A stretch of DNA of 52,213 nt. It comes from Candidatus Woesearchaeota archaeon. Lineage in GTDB: Archaea; Nanobdellota; Nanobdellia; Pacearchaeales; GW2011-AR1. The stretch is taken from positions 10,544 to 62,756 of the forward strand of contig CAZQGH010000001.1 of the NCBI GenBank assembly GCA_964592915.1, written 5' to 3'. Made by a program: the position numbers and the translations under genes. The notes under the pieces were generated by a model. That model was not told the DNA's origin and searched no databases. It saw only the letters and a program-made list of their open reading frames with translations. Shown piece after piece: positions 19,422 through 26,548 of this stretch. The stretch's first letter is position 1, and each line of letters begins with the position of its first letter.

Positions 19422-19742
19422 ATGGGCAAAAGCAAAGAGGAGTTAAAAGAATACTTAGAAAGAATAAAAAAAGATAAGATTATTTTTAAAAAACATTTTT
19501 ATGATAAAAAAGAAACAGACAGAAAATATCTGAATGAAGAATTAGTAATTAGCTCATTAAGAGATATAAAAAATTTTATAGGATTTCAGGACCAGTCAGA
19601 GGAAATTGAAAAATACAGGATAGCAGTGAAGTTAAGTGGGAGATACAATCTTGTTATTGTATGTGAAATAAAAGACAAAAATTTATATATTATAACTGCC
19701 TGGAAAACTAGTAGAAGATGGCAAAAGGCAATGCAAAAATAA
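19422..19742 (+). CDS. small protein, putative toxin partner of DUF2283 (DUF4258-like, tentative)
   Basis: 106-aa ORF overlapping the downstream DUF2283-like gene by 25 nt. Confidence 0.5.
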   Translation: MGKSKEELKEYLERIKKDKIIFKKHFYDKKETDRKYLNEELVISSLRDIKNFIGFQDQSEEIEKYRIAVKLSGRYNLVIVCEIKDKNLYIITAWKTSRRWQKAMQK

Positions 19743-20071
19743 ACTATAATAGTGAAGAGGATATACTTAATTTATCCAAAGGAAATCCCAGCAAGGCTTC
19801 TATTGAAATAGGGGATTTTGTTATTGATGTGGATTTTAAGGGGTTTGTCTCTGCTATAGAAGTTCTGAATGCCAGTGAGAATCTCGGAATCAAGAAAGAG
19901 ATTCTAGAAGAAGTTGAAAAAGCCAGGATGAGTATTGTTTATAAGCCAAACTATTTATTTGTAGGGATAGTATTTAATTTTAGTGGAATAGAAAAAGATG
20001 TCAGAATTCCCCTTACAATTGATTTGGGGCATTCTAAAGTTGAAAAAGAAGAAACTGTTTTTGCAAGTTAA
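19718..20071 (+). CDS. DUF2283-like small protein (putative antitoxin)
   Basis: INYNSEEDILNLSKG...IDVDFKGFVSAIEVLNAS pattern. Confidence 0.6.
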   Translation: MAKGNAKINYNSEEDILNLSKGNPSKASIEIGDFVIDVDFKGFVSAIEVLNASENLGIKKEILEEVEKARMSIVYKPNYLFVGIVFNFSGIEKDVRIPLTIDLGHSKVEKEETVFAS

Positions 20072-20116
20072 TTCTGTTTGAGTTAGTTTTATATATTTCT
20101 TATGAGGCATATTTAG

Positions 20117-20833
20117 ATGAAACAGGAGACTAATATATTTTTAGCAATTATACTGGCAGGATTGATAATTGGTTTATCAATTTTTTCTGGTTTGTTATTA
20201 ACTGGCAGAGCTGTTGAAAAAACTGATTATGCTGAGAGTGAAAAATTAATAATCAATTTGCTGGAGTATGCAAATGTAACGAGAGTGATTGACGGGGATA
20301 CAATTGAAATACAGATTGGGAATGAAAGTGACAGGGTTAGGCTGGCTTGTATTGATTCTCCTGAAACTTATGAGGAGCATTATTATGATGCTAAAGAATT
20401 TGTTGATGATTTAATATTGAACAAACAGGTAAGAATGGAAAAAGATGTCTCTGAGAGAGGAAAATATAACCGATTGATAAGATATATTTATCTTGATGAC
20501 TTGTTTGTTAATGAATTAATAGTAAGAAATGGCTGGGCAAAAACATATCCTTACTATCCTGATACTAAACTATGCCCTCAGATTCAGGAAGCTGAAGATA
20601 AAGCTAAACAAGAGAAAATTGGGATATGGATTGCATCAGAAACAGAAAAAGGACAAGAAGAAAAAGCTGATATAAGCATTAACTACAATTGTGGCTCAGA
20701 TACATATAATTGCAAGGATTTCAAAACACAAAAAGAAGCTCAGGAAGTTTTTGATGGGTGTGGTGGATTAAGGAAAGATGTTCACAAGCTCGATGGAGAC
20801 GGGGATGGGGTGGCTTGTGAGAGCTTGGGTTAG
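20117..20833 (+). CDS. membrane-anchored staphylococcal-type thermonuclease with C-terminal Excalibur domain
   Basis: N-terminal TM, SNase motifs ([21 protein letters not shown]) and a C-terminal [16 protein letters not shown]...[12 protein letters not shown]. Confidence 0.8.
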   Translation: MKQETNIFLAIILAGLIIGLSIFSGLLLTGRAVEKTDYAESEKLIINLLEYANVTRVIDGDTIEIQIGNESDRVRLACIDSPETYEEHYYDAKEFVDDLILNKQVRMEKDVSERGKYNRLIRYIYLDDLFVNELIVRNGWAKTYPYYPDTKLCPQIQEAEDKAKQEKIGIWIASETEKGQEEKADISINYNCGSDTYNCKDFKTQKEAQEVFDGCGGLRKDVHKLDGDGDGVACESLG

Positions 20834-20863
20834 TTTTATATATTTAATTTCATTAATTCTAAC

Positions 20864-21508
20864 ATGAAAAGAGTTAAGATAATCTGGTATTTGTTATTGA
20901 TTATTCCTATTATACTATTAATTTTAGGTTATATTTTTCCTTCTTCATTTTTATCAAATCAGGAGCAGGTTAGAGAGTATATTGCAGGGTTTGGTTCTTT
21001 AGCTCCAATTATGTTTATTTTATTGCAGATTTTATAAGTAGTTTTAACTCCAATAAGTCATTATGCTGTTAGTCTTGCTGGAGGATTTTTGTTTGGAGTC
21101 TGGCTGGGTTTTTTATATAACTGGATTGGAAGAGTAATAGGAAGTTTAATTGCTTTTAATTTGGGAAGAAGATACGGAAGAAAAATAATAAAAAAAGTTG
21201 TTAAACCGAAAACACTGGAAAAATATGATAAGCTATTTGATAAAGGTAAATTCATCTTATTTTTAATGTATTTCTTACCATTATTTCCTGATGATGAATT
21301 ATCATATTTAGCTGGTTTTTCTTCAATGAAATCCAGAGTTTATATTCCTATAATGATTTTAGGTCATATTGGAGGTTCACTAGGATTAGCTGTTTTAGGA
21401 GCTGGATTATCTTACACAAGTCCTATTTTCATAATTGGCTCTATAATCACATTAATTGCAGGATTTTTATTTGTTTTATATTATAGGAAGCTGTATAAGA
21501 ATAATTAG
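20864..21508 (+). pseudogene. DedA/TVP38 (SNARE-associated) membrane protein interrupted by one in-frame TAA
   Basis: ATG 20864 and track ORF 21089-21508 share one frame (645 nt = 215 codons). The only interruption is TAA at 21035-21037, within ...FILLQIL*VVLTPIS... Confidence 0.7.
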
Positions 21509-21567
21509 TTGTTGAGTTAGTTGTTGAGTTAGGAGAATTTTAAAAAGATATTAAATTTAAGTATTAA

Positions 21568-21825
21568 ATGTACAAGATATTTACTGCAAATAGTAAAACA
21601 GAGAAAAGATTGCAAAAATATATTTCTACGAGAAAAGATATTAAAGAAAAATTAAAAAGATTGAAAATAAATCCGAGAAAAGCAAATGGAGCTCACCCTC
21701 TTCATGGTAAATTAGAGGGGAAATGGAGCTGCTGGCTTGGCTCGAATATAAGAGTTATTTATATTATTGATGATATAAAATTAAGAATAATTATTGAGGC
21801 TGTTGGAAGCCATAATATTTATTAA
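21568..21825 (+). CDS. RelE/StbE-family toxin
   Basis: HPLHGKLEGKWSCWLGSNIRVIYIIDD...IIIEAVGSHNIY. Confidence 0.75.
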   Translation: MYKIFTANSKTEKRLQKYISTRKDIKEKLKRLKINPRKANGAHPLHGKLEGKWSCWLGSNIRVIYIIDDIKLRIIIEAVGSHNIY

Positions 21826-22049
21826 AACTTAAATTCTTTAATCTTTCCTTTTTTGATGTTTTTCTCACTTGCAATAATCTGACTAATTAAATCTTTATCC
21901 TGCAGGATTTCTCTTTCTTCTAATTGCCTCATTTTGTCCCTTATTGCTTCTCTTATAAATTCTGTTTTTGTTGAATACCTATTTTTCTTCATAATTCTCT
22001 CTAAAGCAGCCAGAAAACTGCCCTCAAGTCTTAAACATATTTGCTTCAT
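21822..22049 (-). CDS. CopG/RHH-family DNA-binding protein
   Basis: QICLRLEGSFLAALERIMKKNRYSTKTEFIREAIRDKM. It is convergent with the RelE gene, and their stop codons overlap in TTAA. Confidence 0.7.
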   Translation of the reverse strand: MKQICLRLEGSFLAALERIMKKNRYSTKTEFIREAIRDKMRQLEEREILQDKDLISQIIASEKNIKKGKIKEFKF

Positions 22050-22144
22050 TGTAATACTATGTATTGCATTGTAATATATAAATCTTTCTGTTTATTCTTT
22101 ATGGAGGTGGGGTTGGAGATTGGGTTGGGTTAGTTTGATTTGTT

Positions 22145-22186
22145 GGGATTTCGAGCTTATTCCTGTCTAATGCGAGAAATCTGGGG
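22145..22186 (+). repeat. family-A imperfect hairpin (arms gatttcgagc / gcgagaaatc), copy 1
   Basis: The arms are conserved with copy 2 (23498-23546) while the loop differs. G-runs and TTAGTT motifs flank it. Confidence 0.8.
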
Positions 22187-22246
22187 TTGGTTAGTTAGTT
22201 TTATACAAATAGAAAGAAATAAAAAATAATAGACATTATTGGAAGG

Positions 22247-22765
22247 ATGATAACTTTATTTCAAGTAGATAAATCTGGAAGTGATATCTTTGAAAAAGAT
22301 TATTCTATATCTCTAATTAAGGATAAAAAAGAAGTTTATGGAATCAATATACCGCAGGCGATAAAAGATAAATTAGTGCACTTGTTTAATACAGGAACAT
22401 TAAATATAACCTCTACAAGCCCAAAGAAAGCAAAATTGAGATTTAAATTAAGATTCCATATAGCAATAATTATTCTCCTTATGCGAAGAGCAATAAAAGA
22501 TGAAGGTTATATTGATGAGTTAAATGTTGAGCTTTGCAATGATCTTGATGGTCATTTTCATGAGATAAGAGATATGATATACAAGAATATTTCAAAGATG
22601 ATTCCTTCATTGAATGAAGAAGATATTGTGCAGACTAAATTTCCAAAAACTGCCTTAGTTGATGTATCTGCGAGAAATCTAAGAGAAAAGAATACAAAAG
22701 AAATAAATAAGTATCATATATTAAAAATTAATTTCAAAGAGGTTTTAGAGATAGTAAAAAAATAA
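22247..22765 (+). CDS. hypothetical protein
   Basis: 172-aa ORF with no recognisable motif. Confidence 0.55.
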   Translation: MITLFQVDKSGSDIFEKDYSISLIKDKKEVYGINIPQAIKDKLVHLFNTGTLNITSTSPKKAKLRFKLRFHIAIIILLMRRAIKDEGYIDELNVELCNDLDGHFHEIRDMIYKNISKMIPSLNEEDIVQTKFPKTALVDVSARNLREKNTKEINKYHILKINFKEVLEIVKK

Positions 22766-22772
22766 AAATAAG

Positions 22773-22850
22773 AGACAGTAACCAGGGTTCGAAGAACCGA
22801 ATCCCTATTTGTCCCATCCAAAGATGAAACGCCAAGGCGCATTACTGTCT
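22773..22850. other. GC-rich 78-nt structured element (9-bp closing stem plus internal hairpins)
   Basis: agacagtaa (22773-22781) pairs with ttactgtct (22842-22850). Internal hairpins are agggttcg/cgaatccct, catc/gatg and cgc/gcg. The element is far more GC-rich than its flanks. Confidence 0.6.
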
Positions 22851-23008
22851 AGTATATATACACATAACCCTAATTTAAATCTTTTGGTTTTTAGGCAGTA
22901 TTTTTTATTCTACTTTTAGTTTTGATTTTATTTAGGGTGGGGGGTTGGGTTAGTTTTATAAACAAAACTAATAGTAAAATTTAAATAGAATTAAAGTTAA
23001 AATAAGAT

Positions 23009-23212
23009 ATGGCAGAATTTAATATAATAATTGAGCAAGGAGAAGACGGAAATTTTATATCGGAAGTAATTGGAATTCCCGGATGTCATACTCAAGCTAA
23101 AACATTAGATGAACTAATTAAAAGAACAAAAGAAGTTATTGCTTTATGTCTTGAAGAAGAAAATATTAAGATTGAAGATAAGTTTATTGGTGTCCAAAAA
23201 GTAGAGGTATAA
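23009..23212 (+). CDS. hicB: HicB-family antitoxin
   Basis: FNIIIEQGEDGNFISEVIGIPGCHTQAKTLDELIKRTKEVIALCLE. Confidence 0.8.
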   Translation: MAEFNIIIEQGEDGNFISEVIGIPGCHTQAKTLDELIKRTKEVIALCLEEENIKIEDKFIGVQKVEV

Positions 23213-23440
23213 ATGGCTCAGCTGCCTTTAATAAGTGCTAAAGAGTTTCTTAAAATTCTTGATAAAATTGGATTTAGAGTTATGAGGTAAAAAGGGAGAC
23301 ATATATTTCTCAGACATAAGGATGGGAGAACAACAACAGTTCCAAATCATCCTGGAGAGAAATTAGACAGAGGATTGCTAAATAAGATAATAAAAAAAGA
23401 TTTGAACATCACAAGAGAAGAATTTGAGAAATATTTATAG
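23213..23440 (+). pseudogene. hicA: HicA-family toxin with one in-frame TAA
   Basis: MAQLPLISAKEFLKILDKIGFRVMR*KGRHIFLRHKDGRTTTVPNHPGEKL... TAA at 23288-23290 sits where HicA proteins usually have Gln (..RQKGSH..). Confidence 0.8.
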
Positions 23441-23497
23441 TATGGGGAGTTAGTTATTTTTGACTTTTGGGGTGGGGAGGTGGAGTTAGTTTGTTAT

Positions 23498-23546
23498 GGG
23501 GGAATTTCGAGCTTACTCTATGTCACTTGCGAGAAATCAGGGGGGG
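23498..23546 (+). repeat. family-A imperfect hairpin, copy 2
   Basis: Arms aatttcgagc (23503-23512) and gcgagaaatc (23529-23538). The loop is unrelated to that of copy 1. Confidence 0.8.
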
Positions 23547-23650
23547 TTGGGTTAGTTAGTTTGATTTGTTTTGGGGTGGGGAGAGGGGGTTGGGTTAGTT
23601 AGTTTGATTTGTTTTGGGGTGGGGAGAGGGGGTTGGGTTAGTTTTATAAA
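23543..23650 (+). repeat. 43-bp tandem repeat (about 2.5 units), G-quadruplex-capable
   Basis: The unit ggggttgggttagttagtttgatttgttttggggtggggagag starts at 23543, 23586 and 23629 (last copy partial). ggggtggggagagggggttggg occurs at 23573-23594 and 23616-23637. Confidence 0.9.
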
Positions 23651-23919
23651 TTTCTACTATAAATCTTGTCATGGTGGTCAAAATATTCAAAAGAAACAAA
23701 ATCCTTCTTTTTATCAAAACTAAATACTAAAACAAAATGCCCTATATGAACTCTTTTTGAATCTTTCATATTATATCGCAGATTTTTATAGTGCTTAATA
23801 TCATAAGAATTTACTATCTCCTCAATTTTCTTTATAACTTGTTTGTATAAGTTTTTGTCTTTTTTATACAGCTTTTTAATTATTTTGTCTAGCTCTGGCT
23901 TTACTTCAAATTTATGCAT
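23644..23919 (-). CDS. RelE/ParE-superfamily toxin
   Basis: ...RVHIGHFVLVFSFDKKKDFVSFEYFDHHDKIY. It lies directly downstream of its antitoxin gene. Confidence 0.7.
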   Translation of the reverse strand: MHKFEVKPELDKIIKKLYKKDKNLYKQVIKKIEEIVNSYDIKHYKNLRYNMKDSKRVHIGHFVLVFSFDKKKDFVSFEYFDHHDKIYSRNL

Positions 23920-23920
23920 T

Positions 23921-24166
23921 TTATGCCTCTTTTTCTATATGCCTTCTTAAATCTTCTATACTTTCAAAACTTATTCCTTTCTGGCTTTTTATCTCTTTCA
24001 GCTTGACTAAGAACTCTGGTCTTAATTCAGGCTCCAAAAAGCTGTCTTCATAAATCTTTGCAATTAAAGCTACTGCCTCACTTTTGTTCTTTAGACCATA
24101 TTTGGCTTTGACTATATTTAAGATTCTGTCTTCTTTCTCCTCCAAGTCAATTATGCTTTGTACCAT
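23921..24166 (-). CDS. antitoxin (DUF2683-like)
   Basis: IIDLEEKEDRILNIVKAKYGLKNKSEAVALIAKIY. TTATAAT direct repeats lie in its upstream region. Confidence 0.6.
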   Translation of the reverse strand: MVQSIIDLEEKEDRILNIVKAKYGLKNKSEAVALIAKIYEDSFLEPELRPEFLVKLKEIKSQKGISFESIEDLRRHIEKEA

Positions 24167-24228
24167 TTTATTATAATTTATTATAATCTATAATGATTTA
24201 TAATGTTTATAAATGTTTCTGCTGGGTG

Positions 24229-24279
24229 GCGAGCAAGTTGATGTGGGTTAGTTAGTCGAGGGGTGGTAATCAACTTGGG
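24229..24279 (+). repeat. family-B hairpin (arms caagttgat / atcaacttg), copy 1
   Basis: Perfect 9-bp inverted repeat at 24234-24242 and 24269-24277. The extended arm sequence (gcgaRcaagttgatg / ggtaatcaacttg) is conserved with copy 2, and the loop differs. Confidence 0.85.
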
Positions 24280-24340
24280 AGTTTGGGTTAGTTTGATTTG
24301 GGGTAGTTAAGGGGTGGGGAGATGGGGTTTGGTTGAGAGA

Positions 24341-24673
24341 TTAATATTTGAATTTTCTTTCATAATTTTTGTGATCAAACCAATCTAGAATAAAAGAGAT
24401 TATCTTTATTTCATCTGTTTCCAAAGTATAAATTAATCTCCAGGCATTTGGCAGATCATACTTCCATAGATTTGTTAGGCTATATTTTCTAATATACTCT
24501 TTTGGCCAGATATCTTTTGGGACTTTTACTCCTGCTAAAGGATTTTTCTTTAAGTCATCAATTGCTCTCTGGATATACCTAAATAATTTCTTATCTTCAA
24601 ACTTGCCTTTTTCCAGAGATTCGAAATCTTTTTTGAGTTTTTGATTAATAAATGCTACAAACTTTTCTTTCAT
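24341..24673 (-). CDS. RelE/ParE-superfamily toxin
   Basis: ...LTNLWKYDLPNAWRLIYTLETDEIKIISFILDWFDHKNYERKF. The start is taken at the internal MKEKF, which forms an ATGA overlap with the upstream gene's stop. Confidence 0.7.
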   Translation of the reverse strand: MKEKFVAFINQKLKKDFESLEKGKFEDKKLFRYIQRAIDDLKKNPLAGVKVPKDIWPKEYIRKYSLTNLWKYDLPNAWRLIYTLETDEIKIISFILDWFDHKNYERKFKY

Positions 24674-24951
24674 TTTGCAATCAAGCCTTTTTCTATGGCC
24701 TGAGATATTCTTTTTGGATTGTATGTCCAGATAATGCATCCATCATTGTCTATTATTATCTTACCAGAAGAGATCAAATAATCAAGTATGACTAAATAAG
24801 TTTGATACATCATTTTTTGAGGAAGTTTTTTCCAAAGCTGATATTTCCCACATTCCTGACTATATTTTTGTATTGTTTCTTCTACCATTAAAACAGAACT
24901 TAAAGTAGGATTGTATAGAAGTCCTTTGCTTGTTTGTTTATTTGTTTTCAT
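24670..24951 (-). CDS. putative cognate antitoxin
   Basis: 93-aa ORF translationally coupled (ATGA) to the toxin gene. Function is inferred from position only. Confidence 0.5.
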   Translation of the reverse strand: MKTNKQTSKGLLYNPTLSSVLMVEETIQKYSQECGKYQLWKKLPQKMMYQTYLVILDYLISSGKIIIDNDGCIIWTYNPKRISQAIEKGLIAK

Positions 24952-25043
24952 TTTATTATATTTATCTATATATTATATGTATATATATAATAGGTTATTT
25001 AAATCTTTCTATTAGTTTAATTTTATTTGGGGTGGGGTTGGGG

Positions 25044-25093
25044 GCGAACAAGTTGATGAGATTGAGGGGAGGGAGGAGGTAATCAACTTGTGA
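25044..25093 (+). repeat. family-B hairpin, copy 2
   Basis: Perfect 10-bp inverted repeat acaagttgat (25048-25057) / atcaacttgt (25082-25091), with a G-rich loop. Confidence 0.85.
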
Positions 25094-25105
25094 GGGGGGG
25101 TTAGT

Positions 25106-25387
25106 TTACTTAATTACTCCCTTTAAATAAGGCATTTGTACCTCTATAAACTCTACAATCTCTTTTTTGTACTTTGGATTTAAGGAGATACCAGTGAATT
25201 TTTTTTTATGAATAATTAGCCAGCCAATTTTTGATAGATCTTTTATTATATCTTTTAAATTTTGAAATTTTTTGAAATGCTCTAATCTGTCATAACTATT
25301 TCCCCAGTTTCCCTTGCTTCTTGCTAAAGCAGACATAAACTGAGCTTTTTCTGCGTCTAGTGCCATATAATTAAATAAGTTTAACAT
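25106..25387 (-). CDS. hypothetical small protein
   Basis: 93-aa ORF, divergent from the wHTH regulator gene. Confidence 0.5.
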   Translation of the reverse strand: MLNLFNYMALDAEKAQFMSALARSKGNWGNSYDRLEHFKKFQNLKDIIKDLSKIGWLIIHKKKFTGISLNPKYKKEIVEFIEVQMPYLKGVIK

Positions 25388-25427
25388 TTTTAAATGTTTC
25401 TATCTTTGATAGTTGTGTATTAATAAT

Positions 25428-25443
25428 AGAAAGATTTAAAAAG
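25428..25443 (+). promoter_or_regulatory. BRE/TATA-like promoter element (agaaagatttaaaaag)
   Basis: About 30 nt upstream of ATG 25476. Confidence 0.5.
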
Positions 25444-25475
25444 GGAGATTGCCATACTATTTTAACCTAGTTAAA

Positions 25476-25802
25476 ATGAAAACAAAAGAAAACAAAAGTT
25501 TTTTCCTTATGCAATTTGGAGATACACCTCAGTTAAGGATACTTGATTTTTTAATCGGATTTCATTTCTTTGATTATCCTCTGACTGAAATAGCTAGAGA
25601 AAGCAATGTTAGCTATAATTCTCTTAAATCTATTCTTCCAACATTTATTAAATCTGGAATTGTTATCAAAACAAGAAGGATTGGTAAATCTGATTATTAT
25701 AAACTTAATACTGAGAATCCCTTTGTTCAGAATCTGATAAAACTTGATTGGAGTTTGACTAAAAGAAATGTTCTTCAAGAAGAAAAAGAAGTTGCAGCTT
25801 AA
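25476..25802 (+). CDS. winged-helix transcriptional regulator
   Basis: LRILDFLIGFHFFDYPLTEIARESNVSYNSLKSILPTFIKSGIVIKTRRIGKSDYYKLN. The ATG at 25476 is preferred over the track's TTG at 25449. Confidence 0.65.
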   Translation: MKTKENKSFFLMQFGDTPQLRILDFLIGFHFFDYPLTEIARESNVSYNSLKSILPTFIKSGIVIKTRRIGKSDYYKLNTENPFVQNLIKLDWSLTKRNVLQEEKEVAA

Positions 25803-25900
25803 TTCTGTTAATTGGTTTTAATTGGGGGGGTTTGGATAGTTTGATTTTATTTTGGGGGGGTTGAGTTAGTTTTATATAATTCTAAAATCTAATAAATATA

Positions 25901-26542
25901 ATGAGGATAGTTTTGATGATCATTCTGGGAGGAGTCTTAGGAGTAGTTACAATATTTCTTAATATGGTGGGAAGCAAGAAGACTCTTAAGATAATTTTTG
26001 GTATTTTAAGTATCCTAATAATAATTACGGCAACCATTCTTGGGGTTTATAATCATCTTTCAATTGAGAAAACTGAAAAATACTCAAGATCTACTGGAGA
26101 TTATGAGATGGAAGACATACCAAAGAACTTCAGAATAAATGTGGGCTCAAATATTTTTGATGGATATAATAATGTAAGTTTAGAAAACTATGTCCACACT
26201 CCTGTAACCATTTTTGTAGATGAAGGAAAATTAAAAGTTTCCACATTGATATTTGATAAAGACGGAAATATTCTCGTTAGAGTAAATGAAGGCAAAGGAA
26301 AAATATACTCTGATTATGGAGATCTAAGTTTTGATAATAATGCTCTCGAAGTATTAAATAATAATGAAGTTATATTCCAGGTTTTTTATTCTAATAATAT
26401 TATAAATGTTTTTGGGGATTTTTATAATGAGGAAGGGAATCATATAGTTGTAGATAGTAGCGGGGTATATATAAATTCAGAAATTAAACCAATCATAAAC
26501 AAACTATTTAAATATCCCTCTGAAGAATATTTGGGAAAATAA
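25901..26542 (+). CDS. membrane-anchored protein, unknown function
   Basis: Two N-terminal TM helices followed by a soluble domain. Confidence 0.55.
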   Translation: MRIVLMIILGGVLGVVTIFLNMVGSKKTLKIIFGILSILIIITATILGVYNHLSIEKTEKYSRSTGDYEMEDIPKNFRINVGSNIFDGYNNVSLENYVHTPVTIFVDEGKLKVSTLIFDKDGNILVRVNEGKGKIYSDYGDLSFDNNALEVLNNNEVIFQVFYSNNIINVFGDFYNEEGNHIVVDSSGVYINSEIKPIINKLFKYPSEEYLGK

Positions 26543-26548
26543 AACTTA

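Larger units (their letters stand above)
19347..25878 (+). repeat. array of ten same-strand junction repeats, core G(G/A)GTTAGTTT(TATA), usually preceded by G-runs
   Basis: Copies at 19347-19358, 20080-20095, 20827-20842, 21509-21532 (12-mer x2), 22183-22207, 22935-22962, 23629-23650, 24285-24300, 25094-25108 and 25854-25878. All have the G-rich strand on +, whatever the orientation of the flanking genes. Confidence 0.85.

Noticed and set aside
22784-22806. tRNA or split-tRNA half suggested by agggttcgaa...gaatccct
   Set aside because: Removing 8 nt would give a T-arm-like GGGTTCGAATCCC. But neither strand yields an acceptor stem, D-arm and 7-nt anticodon loop. It is kept only as an unclassified structured element.
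10172-23290. Genome-wide reassignment of TAA to a sense codon
   Set aside because: TAA is the most common terminator of confident genes here (pilins, ATPase, rtcB, csp). Reading through it, for example at 42194-42196, runs out of frame into the next gene. The three internal TAAs are better explained as nonsense mutations or local events.
19347-25878. Canonical bacterial attC sites
   Set aside because: The junction core GTTAGTT and the hairpin arms do not fit RYYYAAC...GTTRRRY strictly, and no integron integrase is in the window. The array is reported only as cassette-like.
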